64,000 nt of DNA from Candidatus Aenigmatarchaeota archaeon (GCA_016198755.1 JACQIB010000004.1:178760-242759); one strand, 5' to 3'; positions 9,533 through 20,424 are shown, numbered from the stretch's first letter. Numbers and translations: made by a program. The notes: generated from the sequence alone by a model not told the origin.

Positions 9533-11326
9533 TCACGTCAAACTCTGCAGCAATAGTATGCGCGTTGCCAATAATGTAACAGTAAAGACTATTAAAACCG
9601 CTGGAAATGATTCTGCCAGTTCAATACCGTTTGCAACAGGATCAGAACCCCAGCCTATCTTGCTAACATACCTTACAAGTACAAAGTTCAGTCCAATAGC
9701 ATAAATCCCAACAATAAGTAAAAGTATATCAGGAGTTATGCTTGGTTTTGAAATAAGTGTCGGACCTATGTTAGGAAGGTTCTGGGTTTGTATAGACTTT
9801 GTTATCATTTGAAAGAGCACAATTATAATTGAGGTTACAAGCGGGGAGAAAACCAAAGCTGTTGCCTTCATCATTGTAAGGCTTTTTCTTAAAAGTTCTT
9901 TTATCCAGTCATCAACAGCATTCAACTTCTCTAGATAAGACAAAATAAGGGAAGCTGTGGAAGCTGCAGCAGCTGTTCCTCTGCTAAGGGAAGCTGCAAT
10001 AAGTATAAGGAAAGACCTTATTAATTTTGAATCTATTTTCTCAAACTCAAGCGCTTTATTCAAAGGTAAGGAACCTGCACGCACTTTGTAAACAAGCCTG
10101 TCCAAAAGCCCTGCTATATCGCTCCCTTTGAGCAGTTTAGCTGTATAACTCAGAGCTTCTTCTATTGGCTTTCCCTCTGCAAGCTTGTTGCGTATATGGT
10201 AGAGAGCAGCAGGAAACTGTTCCTCTATCTTTCTAACCTCTTCCCGTTTTGCCTTGAACGGATAATAATTACTATAGTAGTAAACAAAAAACCCTATTCC
10301 AATACCCCATATTATAGGAAAAGTTGAGAGCGGCTTTACAGCAAGCAAAAACCACTGGTTAATAATAACCCCAAAATAACCCAAAAGATAAACAAATCCC
10401 GGGAATGCAACCAGAAGGGAAAGCAAAATAGCAGCAGGCAAGCTTTTGTTTTCCAATTTGAACTCTATACCTCCCATTGAGGGGGGCCTTTTCCTGAGTA
10501 TATGCTCTGAGTAAAGAAAGCTTGCAAAAAGCGTTGTAAAAAGGAAGAGAGAAGTTGGCAAAGGACCAACATCTGCCCCTAAAAACGATATTATTGGAAA
10601 GAGGGAGATTATCATTAGCGGGACGATTGTTCCTATACTGAAAAGCAAAAGTGTTGGTATATGCAGACCTGAAGCATACTCTTTTATTTTTGCTATCGTA
10701 TCCTTCAAAAGCGTTTTTGTTGCCCTATCCAAATCCTTTATTTTAGCTTTTGGGTCAGACTCGCTGAAACTGGCTTCTATAAGAGAAACAGAAGACTGAA
10801 AAGCAGGGGAAAATTTCCCCCATTTCCTTCCAACTTTATCCAGTCCTTCCAAAGCATTCTTATACTTCCCAACAGCAACCTTCCAAACAGCTTTTTTCAG
10901 GTCATCAGCAACTAATCCAGTAGAATTCTCAGCTGCAAATTTCATTGCTCTCTCGGGTGAAGGGCTGCCTCTCAGGTATATGGAAAGCTGTGATAAAACT
11001 AAAGGAGCAGTACCCATGGCCTGCATAGCCTTGTCATTCGCAGCCATTTTAGGGTATTCTGTGAAAAGATAGAAAGTCAGGAAAGCTAAGGGAACTAAAA
11101 GTATAGTGTAGATTGGATTAAAGCCGAATAAAATAAATGAAAGAGACAATATTATTGCTACTGTTGATAAAACAAGTAAATAAAAATAGCCGGCTCCTAA
11201 TATTACCGCAGGCTCTGTTTTCAACTTTAACAATTTAGCAGCATTTATCAGTTCTTTGCTTGGCTCTGATTTTAACAGAGAACCTGGAAAACAGGCTTTA
11301 TCAAAAAGGGAAATATAGTTAACCAA
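9533..11326 (-). CDS. type IV pilus/T2SS platform membrane protein (TadC/GspF-like, two domains)
   Basis: Multiple TMs, EEQFPAALYHIRNKLAEGKPIEEAL; overlaps ATPase gene. Confidence 0.8.
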   Translation of the reverse strand: MVNYISLFDKACFPGSLLKSEPSKELINAAKLLKLKTEPAVILGAGYFYLLVLSTVAIILSLSFILFGFNPIYTILLVPLAFLTFYLFTEYPKMAANDKAMQAMGTAPLVLSQLSIYLRGSPSPERAMKFAAENSTGLVADDLKKAVWKVAVGKYKNALEGLDKVGRKWGKFSPAFQSSVSLIEASFSESDPKAKIKDLDRATKTLLKDTIAKIKEYASGLHIPTLLLFSIGTIVPLMIISLFPIISFLGADVGPLPTSLFLFTTLFASFLYSEHILRKRPPSMGGIEFKLENKSLPAAILLSLLVAFPGFVYLLGYFGVIINQWFLLAVKPLSTFPIIWGIGIGFFVYYYSNYYPFKAKREEVRKIEEQFPAALYHIRNKLAEGKPIEEALSYTAKLLKGSDIAGLLDRLVYKVRAGSLPLNKALEFEKIDSKLIRSFLILIAASLSRGTAAAASTASLILSYLEKLNAVDDWIKELLRKSLTMMKATALVFSPLVTSIIIVLFQMITKSIQTQNLPNIGPTLISKPSITPDILLLIVGIYAIGLNFVLVRYVSKIGWGSDPVANGIELAESFPAVLIVFTVTLLATRILLLQSLT

Positions 11327-13316
11327 GCTCTCCCCTCAGCCATTTCTTCCATCTCTGGAAGAGATTTTTCTTCCCTGATTCCAGAAGGGTATAATACATG
11401 CTGTTTGCACGCGCCAAAAAGTCGGCGCCCATGGCTTTAGGATTTTTCTTTGAAACTTTCAAAAGCTCAGCCTTCATTTTTCCCCTTAATTTAATATTTT
11501 TCAAAACATCTCTTATTCCTATTCCTTTGCTTTCTGCAATCTTTTTCAAAGTCTCAGACTTCTCAAGGCCGGAAACCCTCCATTTTCCTGTCTTCCTGTT
11601 ATATTCCAGCAGTGTTTTGAAAACAGGCTCTCCCTTCCAATTCTTCCCAACCTCCTCTATGCTAAGTAGTTTCCTGTACCTTTTTAGGCTCTCCCCTTTC
11701 CTTATGCTTCCTGCAACAACCACAAAATCCACAGCCTTAAAGCTCGTGGAAGGAACCCCTAAATCATTTACAACCCTGTCCCATGTATCATATGCTGAAG
11801 AACCATGAATAGTTCCCATTACAGCATTTCCAGCTGCACCTATTCTCATTGCTTCAAACAATGCATGTGCTTCCTTCCCTCTTACCTCACCCATAACCAG
11901 CGTGCTTTCTCCCAGCCTTAAGCTCGTTCTGAGAGCATCTTCAGCGGAAATTTCAAACCCTTTTGCAAAAGCCTCCGTTTTCAAATGTTCAATCTTGTAT
12001 CCTATGGTTTGCAAAGCACGCACAGGTATTTCAGCAGTATCCTCTATTGTTACAATTCTTGTAGATTGTGGTATCTCTGCCATTAGAGAAGTTAGTATAG
12101 AGGTTTTACCTGAACCCCTCGAACCAGTAACCAGTATAGAGCTTTGTCCATCAACTAAAAAGCTCAAAAAACCTGCAGCTGCACTATCTAACATTCCTGC
12201 ATTCATGAACTCAACCAAAGTCCATGGGCTTGTTTTTCTCCTTCTGAAAGCAAATCCTGTTCCTGAATAGGTAGAAGGCTGTGTTATACCACAAACCCTG
12301 ATTCCCAGCTCCTCCAGCTCTGTATGTAAAACAGGGGTTGAAGCATCCAGCGGTCTGCCTGAAAGTTCCCTTAGTTTTGAGGAAATTTTCTCAGCACCCT
12401 CTTCAGTTAAAATAATGTTTGTTATGCATTCCCCGTGCTTTTCATGTACAATATGCACTAATTTAGAACTTGAATCTATATACAAATCCTGTATTGCCTC
12501 ATCCCTTAGCAAAGTATCCAGTGCTCCAAACCCTAAAGTATGGCGCAAAAGCATACCTTTCATAACTTCCCTGTCTTCAGGCTCAGCTGCCATTGAAAGC
12601 TCTTCTACCCTTCTCCCAACTTCCTCTTTCAAAAGATCTGCTGAAAAGCTCCAGTCTGCCATTACAAGTTTTTTATAGGCTTCAGCAGCCTGCTTTGCAG
12701 CTTTTGCGGTCAAATCCAATTCAGGAAAATGAATAAAATAAAGTAAATCAGGCCTGTTTTCAATTTTGTGTATGCTAACCCTGATTTTGCTCACAGAATA
12801 GGAATCTATCTCTTCCCCTACTTTTTCTTTGTCCAAAAATGCTGAAACAAAAGAAGGATATCCCCATGCACTGAAAACTTTGTAAGCATCAGAAACTTTC
12901 CCAGCTCTTACAGCCTGCCTTATTAAAACCCAGCTTTTCAGTCTATCCTTTATTTTATCCAATTCAGGATTGCACTGTTTACATGTTCTGTTATGAGCAA
13001 GCAGGAAGAAACGCACAGGATCTTCCCACCTGTTTCCTAAAGTTTGTTCACATCTTGGACAGAGCACAAACTTTCCCAGTTCTTCCAAATACTTTTTATG
13101 CTTTTCCATTGAATAGAACTTGTAAAATCTCTTTTTCAGGGCAATCTGGTCTGCGCCCTTTTGCGCAAGCTGAAAAACCCATTTCCTGCATTGAGGGAGT
13201 TTTAGGCTTGATTTGAAAATACAGTCTTTACAGTCTATTTGTAAGACCTTCCCCTTTGGCAAAACCTGTAAAACCGAAGGGCATACCTCTTCCTGCCCAT
13301 CCTTTGTGCGCAACAT
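11319..13316 (-). CDS. type II/IV secretion (pilus assembly) ATPase with Cys-rich N-terminus
   Basis: Walker A GSRGSGKT, TIEDTAE, GEVRGKEA, GTIHG. Confidence 0.92.
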   Translation of the reverse strand: MLRTKDGQEEVCPSVLQVLPKGKVLQIDCKDCIFKSSLKLPQCRKWVFQLAQKGADQIALKKRFYKFYSMEKHKKYLEELGKFVLCPRCEQTLGNRWEDPVRFFLLAHNRTCKQCNPELDKIKDRLKSWVLIRQAVRAGKVSDAYKVFSAWGYPSFVSAFLDKEKVGEEIDSYSVSKIRVSIHKIENRPDLLYFIHFPELDLTAKAAKQAAEAYKKLVMADWSFSADLLKEEVGRRVEELSMAAEPEDREVMKGMLLRHTLGFGALDTLLRDEAIQDLYIDSSSKLVHIVHEKHGECITNIILTEEGAEKISSKLRELSGRPLDASTPVLHTELEELGIRVCGITQPSTYSGTGFAFRRRKTSPWTLVEFMNAGMLDSAAAGFLSFLVDGQSSILVTGSRGSGKTSILTSLMAEIPQSTRIVTIEDTAEIPVRALQTIGYKIEHLKTEAFAKGFEISAEDALRTSLRLGESTLVMGEVRGKEAHALFEAMRIGAAGNAVMGTIHGSSAYDTWDRVVNDLGVPSTSFKAVDFVVVAGSIRKGESLKRYRKLLSIEEVGKNWKGEPVFKTLLEYNRKTGKWRVSGLEKSETLKKIAESKGIGIRDVLKNIKLRGKMKAELLKVSKKNPKAMGADFLARANSMYYTLLESGKKNLFQRWKKWLRGELG

Positions 13317-13422
13317 GAAAAGTATTGGAACGAAAGCTTTTTAAACCCTGCTCAGGGGGATGTTTTCCACCACAATCTAGACCTCTTTATAAGCTTAAAT
13401 TCATAGCCTGCAAATTTTCCAT

Positions 13423-13896
13423 GTGTTGCGCATGAAGGGGTTTTCAATAACACCTGTTTTAGCTGTTGTACTGATACTTATAGCTGGCTTGACCCTGCTT
13501 ACAATCTATACCATTGACAAAGAACAGGCTGCAGGAATACAGGCTGAGATAGAGGTAAACAGGCTTGGATATGAACTGGACCAGAACCGGACTTCAGAGC
13601 AGAATTTACTATTCCAGTTTGCTGCACAGGAGGCTGCTGATTCTAGTACAGATATAGCCACTTTCAAAACAGCTGTTGAGGGAGATTTGGACTTAAAGAC
13701 AGGAACGCTGCTCTTGGATGGTTGCAGCAGCAAGTGGATAAATGTTTCCATTAACTCAGCTTTTAACTATACTATAGGCAGAGCTGGAATAAACGCACCC
13801 TATTTTGCAAATGCCAGCATTAACTGCGATGCTGTTAAGCTATACGGTTCCACAGCAAACATAAACTGCGGCGGTGAAACTTTCAGCTGCCCTTAA
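13423..13896 (+). CDS. putative pilin-like protein (class III signal peptide)
   Basis: MKG|FSITPVLAVVLIL; divergent from the pilus ATPase. Confidence 0.6.
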   Translation: MLRMKGFSITPVLAVVLILIAGLTLLTIYTIDKEQAAGIQAEIEVNRLGYELDQNRTSEQNLLFQFAAQEAADSSTDIATFKTAVEGDLDLKTGTLLLDGCSSKWINVSINSAFNYTIGRAGINAPYFANASINCDAVKLYGSTANINCGGETFSCP

Positions 13897-13902
13897 CAGA
13901 AT

Positions 13903-14985
13903 CTACCTGCGTTTCCAAGCCCTAGAGCCTTTAAGTCCGTGCGGAAATCCTGGGCGCGGGAAAGCTCTCCAAACACCCATTACACCATCCACTTTCCTTA
14001 TCTCATTTCTGTGGAACCTGCTTACTTCCCTAGCTATTGCAGGTACATCACCATTATACCAAGCATCCACAGCAGGTTGGAGCAAATATTTTGCTCTTCC
14101 AATTGAGCTTCTGCGTTGATGTGTAACGTTTGATAAAGAAACCCTGATAATTGGATTTTGTGATGCCATGATATTCGATCTTACTATCCAGCGATATGGT
14201 TTCACATTATCAACACGAATATGGTCAACATAACGCTGCATCATTCTGAGAGAAAAATGATCGAATATGTTGTATAGACTTCCCATTAAGTCCAGAAAAG
14301 TTCCGTTAGTGGAATATTCAACATTCTTTATATTGAGTCCTGTATTTAATCTCAAAAAATCTAATTCATCTTTTGCATCCATAGAAACGCTGGGGTGATA
14401 AATTGTTCTTTTTACGTCTTCACTGACAACTCCAACTTGTAACCTGTCGCTTGCATGTAAATCCCTGTTGCCAACCAACCCCAAGCTCCAAGCATAGGCA
14501 ACAGCTTTTGTAAGATTGTCTATACTAAACTCTTTATCAGCAAAATCCTCTTCCATTGCTGGTAAAACATGGGTTTTTGCAGAACCTCCGCATGTATATT
14601 CTAACGGCCCACTAAAATCAACACCAGATGATTTACGTAATTCTATCTTGTAAATCTCCGGATCACCGTTATGGAAATTGTTGCCTACAATTATTAGCGT
14701 ACAGTGGAGATCTCTTTTTTTAGAGGCTTCTCCCCGCGCTATAGCCACAGCAGAAAAGTACGGTGACATCCCCTTACTGAAATATACCGGATTATTCAAT
14801 AATTCTTGTATATAATCTACACTTCCAGAACTCACAACCAACGAACCGCCACAGTGATATAGTTTTTGTCTACCATTATACTTATGGTCAGAACCATTGG
14901 CCAAGTCATCTGCTACTACAACGGCATGTTTTGCCCTTGCATTTGTAGTTGGTACAGTAAATGTAAATGCAGCTATATTAGTCAT
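13903..14985 (-). CDS. proteasome-beta-like Ntn hydrolase with C-terminal extension (paralog 1)
   Basis: M-T start, VVVADD, QKLY, SSGS, LIIVG..PEIYKI, GGSA, RD..SDRLQVGVVS. Confidence 0.65.
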   Translation of the reverse strand: MTNIAAFTFTVPTTNARAKHAVVVADDLANGSDHKYNGRQKLYHCGGSLVVSSGSVDYIQELLNNPVYFSKGMSPYFSAVAIARGEASKKRDLHCTLIIVGNNFHNGDPEIYKIELRKSSGVDFSGPLEYTCGGSAKTHVLPAMEEDFADKEFSIDNLTKAVAYAWSLGLVGNRDLHASDRLQVGVVSEDVKRTIYHPSVSMDAKDELDFLRLNTGLNIKNVEYSTNGTFLDLMGSLYNIFDHFSLRMMQRYVDHIRVDNVKPYRWIVRSNIMASQNPIIRVSLSNVTHQRRSSIGRAKYLLQPAVDAWYNGDVPAIAREVSRFHRNEIRKVDGVMGVWRAFPRPGFPHGLKGSRAWKRR

Positions 14986-15075
14986 ACAAAAAGCTAAGAA
15001 TGAAACTTATTTAAACCCAACTTGCTCCCCTGTTAAAGAAAGTTTCAGCTGCTAAGTCTGCACTCATTTATATAT

Positions 15076-15135
15076 GTTTCTAAAACGGAAACGATATGTT
15101 TACAAATAGGAAACACAATGTTTCTATTTTGTTAC
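15076..15135. repeat. three GTTT(C/A)-N7-GAAAC boxes at 22-bp period (third degenerate)
   Basis: gtttctaaaacggaaac at 15076, gtttacaaataggaaac at 15098, gtttctattttgttac at 15120. Confidence 0.55.
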
Positions 15136-15413
15136 CCATGTCCCAGTTTCCAAGTCCTCTGCTGCACATCCACGTCCACAGAAATACCAATTTTCTTTAA
15201 TTTTGATTCAATCTCCTTTACCATTGTCCCTATAGAACCGCAGGCTCCGCAAGCCATATCCGGCGGAATAAGTTTCATGTGCAGCATTTTCCCATCCAGC
15301 TTTAAGTCCTGCAACATTCCCATCTGCAACAGCCCCCCGCCTGTATCAGGATCTTCCACGCTGTCCAAAACAGCCAGTATACTTTCGGGTATCTCTTTAA
15401 CAGCCTGTTCCAT
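15132..15413 (-). CDS. DUF59/FeS assembly domain protein
   Basis: LDSVEDPDTG..QMGMLQD..CGAC. Confidence 0.75.
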   Translation of the reverse strand: MEQAVKEIPESILAVLDSVEDPDTGGGLLQMGMLQDLKLDGKMLHMKLIPPDMACGACGSIGTMVKEIESKLKKIGISVDVDVQQRTWKLGHG

Positions 15414-15438
15414 GTAAAACTATTTAACAGCGTCCTAT

Positions 15439-16194
15439 TTAAGCTTTTTGAGAAGCGTATTTTCCAGCTAAGCTGTTCAGTCTTATCTTAAGTATATCCA
15501 GAAACATTTTTGGCACATCCCTTATTACTGAAAGCTTGCTCTCTCCCTTATCAACCCAGCGCACAGGAACCTCCTTTATTTTCATTTCCTTCTTTTTGGC
15601 TATAAACAATAACTCTGTATCAAAAGCAAACCCAAAAATACTCTGCTTTCTCACTATATCTTTGGCAAGCTCTGTTTTAAACAGTTTAAACCCACACTGG
15701 GTATCTCTTATTCCAGGCAAAAGTAACAGCCTTACAATCAGTGGAAAGCTCTTCCCTGCAAACTGCCTGTGCAAAGGCTGTTTCACAACAATATCCGACT
15801 CCGGAAGGTTTCTTGAGGCTATAACAACATCATATTCCTTTGTATACTGCAAAAATTTTCCCAGCTCTTCTATTGAGGTTGCCAAATCAGCATCCATGAA
15901 CAGAACAAACTGATATTTTGCCTCTAAAATACCTGTGTGTACAGCAAACCCCTTTCCCATGCGCTTTTCATTGTTAATTATTCTTACCCCCTTCCCAAAT
16001 TCCTTGACAATTTCAGGTGTATGGTCCCCTGAATAATCGTTTACAACAATAACCTCAAACTTTTCAAAATTCTTTTTACAAAAGGCTAGAACAGACTCTA
16101 AACAAGCCCTAATCCTTGTCTCTTCCCTGTAAGTCGGGATAACTATAGACATGTCCATAGAACTATAGGCTGGGAAAATAGCTATATAAACCAT
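15439..16194 (-). CDS. GT2 dolichyl-phosphate glycosyltransferase
   Basis: SIVIPTYRE, VNDYSGD, GKG, FMDAD, DTQCGFKLF, FDTELL. Confidence 0.9.
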   Translation of the reverse strand: MVYIAIFPAYSSMDMSIVIPTYREETRIRACLESVLAFCKKNFEKFEVIVVNDYSGDHTPEIVKEFGKGVRIINNEKRMGKGFAVHTGILEAKYQFVLFMDADLATSIEELGKFLQYTKEYDVVIASRNLPESDIVVKQPLHRQFAGKSFPLIVRLLLLPGIRDTQCGFKLFKTELAKDIVRKQSIFGFAFDTELLFIAKKKEMKIKEVPVRWVDKGESKLSVIRDVPKMFLDILKIRLNSLAGKYASQKA

Positions 16195-16416
16195 TCAGAA
16201 TTTCTGCGCTGCAGCCTGTATCCTCAGAAACTCTTCCACCGCGCTTTCTATATCCTTGTCAGAGGCATTGCTTAATCCTCTATTCCTGAGAAACTCCATA
16301 AACATTGATAACAATAGCTTGTTATCATCCAGAGCTTTTCCAATCCTTTCCCTCTCCTCAGGCTCTGAAACCCCCAGTTCCAACAAAATTTGGTCTCCCC
16401 AGCTCATTTTAACCAC
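16195..16416 (-). CDS. small hypothetical protein
   Basis: 73-aa ORF abutting the GT2 gene. Confidence 0.5.
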   Translation of the reverse strand: MVKMSWGDQILLELGVSEPEERERIGKALDDNKLLLSMFMEFLRNRGLSNASDKDIESAVEEFLRIQAAAQKF

Positions 16417-16458
16417 TAAGTATTAGAAGCTTTAATATATAGGCTTTCAAATATTGTT

Positions 16459-17016
16459 ATGGTTGATCCAATTCTTTGGCTGAAAGTCCTGATAAAACCG
16501 AGGGAAACGTTTAGAAAAGCGAAAAATAAGGGGACTGTTGAAGGCATATTATTCAATATTGTTCCTGCGGTAATATCAGGAATTATTTTAGACCTATTGT
16601 CAAGGTTTGTTCTTGATCCCACTCGCGTAGGAACATCAGAAATTTACATAGCAAATTATTTGTTATCAGGCATTGCCACCACCATTATTTTATGGACACT
16701 TATTTCCTACATTACTTATTGGACATCAAAAATTTTCCATGGAAAAGGTACCATTAAAATGCATCTCTGGTTAATCTCCCTGTTCACGGCTCCGATGTTC
16801 CTGTTATTAAATTTAGTCAGCTTCGTACCTTATATATATTACAGCAATGTTTCAAAGGCTATTATTGTTGTGTATTCACTGTATTTGTTGTTTTTGGCGC
16901 TTAAGGAAACACATGGTTATTCTAGTATAAAATCTATTGTAAATATTTTAATACTGTGGATGTTTGCTATTGTTTTGGGTTTTATTATGACTATATTATA
17001 TCCACCGTTGTATTAA
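16459..17016 (+). CDS. Yip1 domain membrane protein
   Basis: VLIKPRETF start, five TMs, ALKETHGYS. Confidence 0.75.
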   Translation: MVDPILWLKVLIKPRETFRKAKNKGTVEGILFNIVPAVISGIILDLLSRFVLDPTRVGTSEIYIANYLLSGIATTIILWTLISYITYWTSKIFHGKGTIKMHLWLISLFTAPMFLLLNLVSFVPYIYYSNVSKAIIVVYSLYLLFLALKETHGYSSIKSIVNILILWMFAIVLGFIMTILYPPLY

Positions 17017-17028
17017 CTAAATAAAAAT

Positions 17029-17158
17029 TGGTGGACTCGGTGGGATTTTCTCCAAACCCTTTTGGGGTTTGCAAAGACCTTTTCGGAAAAGGGATTTGCT
17101 TTGAACCCACAACCTCTTGCTTGCAAAGCAAGCGATCTTCCAGTTGATCTACGAGCCC
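17029..17158 (-). tRNA. tRNA-Ala(TGC) with T-loop intron at 59/60 (17046-17099); CCA encoded
   Basis: GGGCTCG/CGAGTCC acceptor with G3:U70, anticodon arm CTTGC-TTTGCAA-GCAAG; removing the intron restores GTGGG-TTCAAAT-CCCAC. Confidence 0.92.
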
Positions 17159-17281
17159 ATAAAGTTTGGGTAAATAGTGCTTAAATAGGTTTCATCTATA
17201 CTTTTACATATAATATACAAAAATATATCGTATTTGAGAGACCTTTAAATAGGTTGCTGTTCCACATTTTATACAGGCTAT

Positions 17282-20098
17282 TTGATGAACAAATACATTA
17301 AAATTTTGTCTGCGGTTGTCGTTTTATTGCCATTGCTGTCTGTTGGAGCTTATGCTATGGGCCAAACAGAAGTTACTAGTACAACAATTGATCCAACGAG
17401 ATTCACTGGTATGTCAATTGCTCCGGCATTTGGATCTGATGGAATAACATATTTATCAGACACAACAGACATCTCAGCAGGCGTTTATGTTGGTGTAAAT
17501 GGTGCTGACACAGAAAGCTGTAAATATAGTATAGATGGAGGGAATTCTTGGAACGCTGCAAACTGGAATAGCGATACAGGAGAATGTTATGAAAACAATA
17601 TTGACACAACCAATGCCCAGGAAGCTATACAAATGAGAATAAATGATAGTTCCGGAAATCCAGTTTCAATATCCACAGTTGGAGCAATAGTTGTGGATAC
17701 TACAAAACCAACAACCACAGCCACTGCAGATGGATATGTTTTTGGTACATATGCAAATCAGGATGTTGGAGTTACACTCTCCTGTAATGATGGAGACGGA
17801 AGTGGATGTGATTTAGTAGGGTATAAAATAAGGTATTGCACAGATACTTCAGATTTATGCTTTCCAGATTCACAATATGAAAATCCAGTTGTCATAAGCG
17901 ATGAAGGTATTACGTACATAAGATTCTTTGGCAGAGATTATGTTAGTAATACAGAAGATGTGAAGAGCGAGAAAATAATAATAGACAAAACCATACCACA
18001 GGTATCAAGTGCAGAATCTTCAATGTCAACAATTACTGCAGATAATATTGGGAATACTCTTACAATAACATTAACATACAATGAAGAGATGGATCAGGGC
18101 AGTTCGCCTGTTATAGAAGTGGCAAAAACAGGTGTTGAAGGACCATATTCTCTTGGACTTGAAAACCAGAGAGGCGGATGGACAGATTCTACACACTACG
18201 AGGCAGTTTATGACATTTCCTCTGTTGATGGGGAAGGAAATTATGATGTTAATATAGACTCGGCAAAAGACCTTGCAGGCAATACACAGGAATCAAGCTC
18301 AAATTCAAAATTATTCATGATAGATGCTGCTGCACCATCAACAACAGATGATATGCCTATAGATTCTGGATGGACATCAGGTTCTGTAACTGTAATTTTA
18401 ACAGCTACTGATGATGGTAGCGGTGTGTCTTCTATAAGATACTCAATTGATAACGGGGAGTGGCAAATTGCAGATTTCTTAACTGGCAGAGACAGAGTTG
18501 AACAATCTATAAGCATAGAAGGAGACGGGAATCATTCTCTAACATACTATTCTGTTGATGTTTCAGGAAATCCTGAAGATCCGAAAACAATATATATTGG
18601 AATTGACTCTGCGACACCATCAACATCTGTAACAGGAAATGGGGGGGAATATAATTTTGAGGATTGGAGCAATATACCTGTAACTGTTATGTTATCCTGT
18701 ACAGACGAACCAAATGAGAACGGAAACTCAGGCTGCAACACAATATACTATAGGATGAATGAGGATGATGATGTTACAGAATATACTGGTCCTATATTAT
18801 TTCCTGAAGATGGAACATACACACTATATTATTACAGTACAGACGGTGCTGGAAATTATGAGGATGAACAGGAGACTGATATATACGTAGATAGAACACC
18901 TCCTGTAATTTCTGTTTCAAGCCCAGCCAGCGGCACAACCTATACAGAGAATTCCGTTGAACTCAATTATGAAGTGTCAGATGATTTATCTGGTTTGAAC
19001 CTAAGATCAGAAGTAAGTCCATGTTCATATTCATTGGATGATGGAGAAAATGTAAGTGCTACATGCGGCAAGTCAGTAACATTCTCTGAGCTTTCAAACG
19101 GTATGCATATGCTTACACTCTATGCAACAGATTATGTTGGAAATACAAACAAAAATCCTATATCATTCTATGTTATAGTTCCGCAGGGCAATCAGACAGT
19201 TCCATTCGATGAAAGCATGACTATAGATGGAGATATAAATCAAATAATATTCGCTGCCGGCAGCAATCTAAAAAATGTTATAGTGCCTTCAAACATAGCC
19301 GATGATAAAGAAATATTTATGGATTTCTCCTATATTATGAGCGATGGAAAGATCACGCTCTCAAATGAATTTACTCTTGAGAGGAATTCAGATAACGATT
19401 ATACTGTTACAATACCTTCAGGAACTGTTATAGATGGCGGGGCTTTATGGGAAGGAAATATGAATGTTCCAACTCTGAAGAGTATTTCAGACTATACAGC
19501 ACCATCAGGATCCGTTGATATAGCAATAGATGTTGGAGCTGGGGTGTCTTTGAGTTTCTCAAAAGCAGTAAAGGTTGTAATAGGTGGAATGGCTGGCAAA
19601 AGAGCAGGATGGATTAGTGGAACAGGAGCATTGACAGACATAACAACTCTTTGTGACAGCGTGGATAATCCTACTAATATAGCAGCAGATGGAACAAGAG
19701 AATGCTATATAGATTCTGGTAGCGACCTTGTTATATGGACATATCACTTCACAACATTTGCAGCTTACACTCCATCATCTACAACAACTTCAAATTCCAA
19801 CAGCAATAGCGGAAGCGGTTCATATAATTACTTGGAATCTCCAACAACCACAACACTTCCTCCAGTAGTTCCACCAACAGTACCCGAAACAACAACCACA
19901 CAGGTATCTGAAACTCCAACAAACCCAAGCGAAACAACAACTACAACTTCTACCACAACTACAATAAAACAGGGTCCATCTGGTCTTGCAACAGGATTGC
20001 CAACAAGTACTATAGTATCTGGCGCAGTGGTTTCTATTGCAGTATTACTTGGGTTGGTTTATTTTGGAAGAAATAGCATAAGAAAGAAATTCTTTTAA
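17282..20098 (+). CDS. cell-surface protein with Ig-like repeats, Thr-rich linker and C-terminal TM anchor
   Basis: Signal peptide, repeated D..P.T/YYS.D..GN.E units, TM plus RKKFF tail. Confidence 0.85.
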   Translation: MMNKYIKILSAVVVLLPLLSVGAYAMGQTEVTSTTIDPTRFTGMSIAPAFGSDGITYLSDTTDISAGVYVGVNGADTESCKYSIDGGNSWNAANWNSDTGECYENNIDTTNAQEAIQMRINDSSGNPVSISTVGAIVVDTTKPTTTATADGYVFGTYANQDVGVTLSCNDGDGSGCDLVGYKIRYCTDTSDLCFPDSQYENPVVISDEGITYIRFFGRDYVSNTEDVKSEKIIIDKTIPQVSSAESSMSTITADNIGNTLTITLTYNEEMDQGSSPVIEVAKTGVEGPYSLGLENQRGGWTDSTHYEAVYDISSVDGEGNYDVNIDSAKDLAGNTQESSSNSKLFMIDAAAPSTTDDMPIDSGWTSGSVTVILTATDDGSGVSSIRYSIDNGEWQIADFLTGRDRVEQSISIEGDGNHSLTYYSVDVSGNPEDPKTIYIGIDSATPSTSVTGNGGEYNFEDWSNIPVTVMLSCTDEPNENGNSGCNTIYYRMNEDDDVTEYTGPILFPEDGTYTLYYYSTDGAGNYEDEQETDIYVDRTPPVISVSSPASGTTYTENSVELNYEVSDDLSGLNLRSEVSPCSYSLDDGENVSATCGKSVTFSELSNGMHMLTLYATDYVGNTNKNPISFYVIVPQGNQTVPFDESMTIDGDINQIIFAAGSNLKNVIVPSNIADDKEIFMDFSYIMSDGKITLSNEFTLERNSDNDYTVTIPSGTVIDGGALWEGNMNVPTLKSISDYTAPSGSVDIAIDVGAGVSLSFSKAVKVVIGGMAGKRAGWISGTGALTDITTLCDSVDNPTNIAADGTRECYIDSGSDLVIWTYHFTTFAAYTPSSTTTSNSNSNSGSGSYNYLESPTTTTLPPVVPPTVPETTTTQVSETPTNPSETTTTTSTTTTIKQGPSGLATGLPTSTIVSGAVVSIAVLLGLVYFGRNSIRKKFF

Positions 20099-20100
20099 AT

Positions 20101-20424
20101 TTACTTCTGCCCGCGCGCCATAAGCTGTATTCTTATAGAATCTGGTCCAGTAACAAACTCATTCACAACCTTATACCCTAGCGCCTCCATGCTTTTGTAG
20201 ACCTCGTCCAAACTGGAAACCCTAAGAGCAATATGGTTCACAGACTGAGTTATTGGAAGTTCTGTCTTGAACAGGGCTATTGTCTGGCTCCCAATAGAAA
20301 GGAAAACCTCCCCCTCATATCTGCCAGTTACTTTCAACCCCAGCCCTTTAGCAAAAAACTCTTCTGCTTTCTGTAAATCTGTTACATACAGGGCTATATG
20401 GTCTATCAATAAAGGCTCTGCCAT
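20101..20424 (-). CDS. VOC/glyoxalase family protein
   Basis: IDHIALYVTDLQKAEEFF, NHIALRV, GPDSIRIQL. Confidence 0.85.
   Translation of the reverse strand: MAEPLLIDHIALYVTDLQKAEEFFAKGLGLKVTGRYEGEVFLSIGSQTIALFKTELPITQSVNHIALRVSSLDEVYKSMEALGYKVVNEFVTGPDSIRIQLMARGQK

Noticed and set aside
11398-12678. Long antisense ORFs opposite the ATPase and other large genes
   Set aside because: Shadow frames of well-supported CDSs with no motifs of their own
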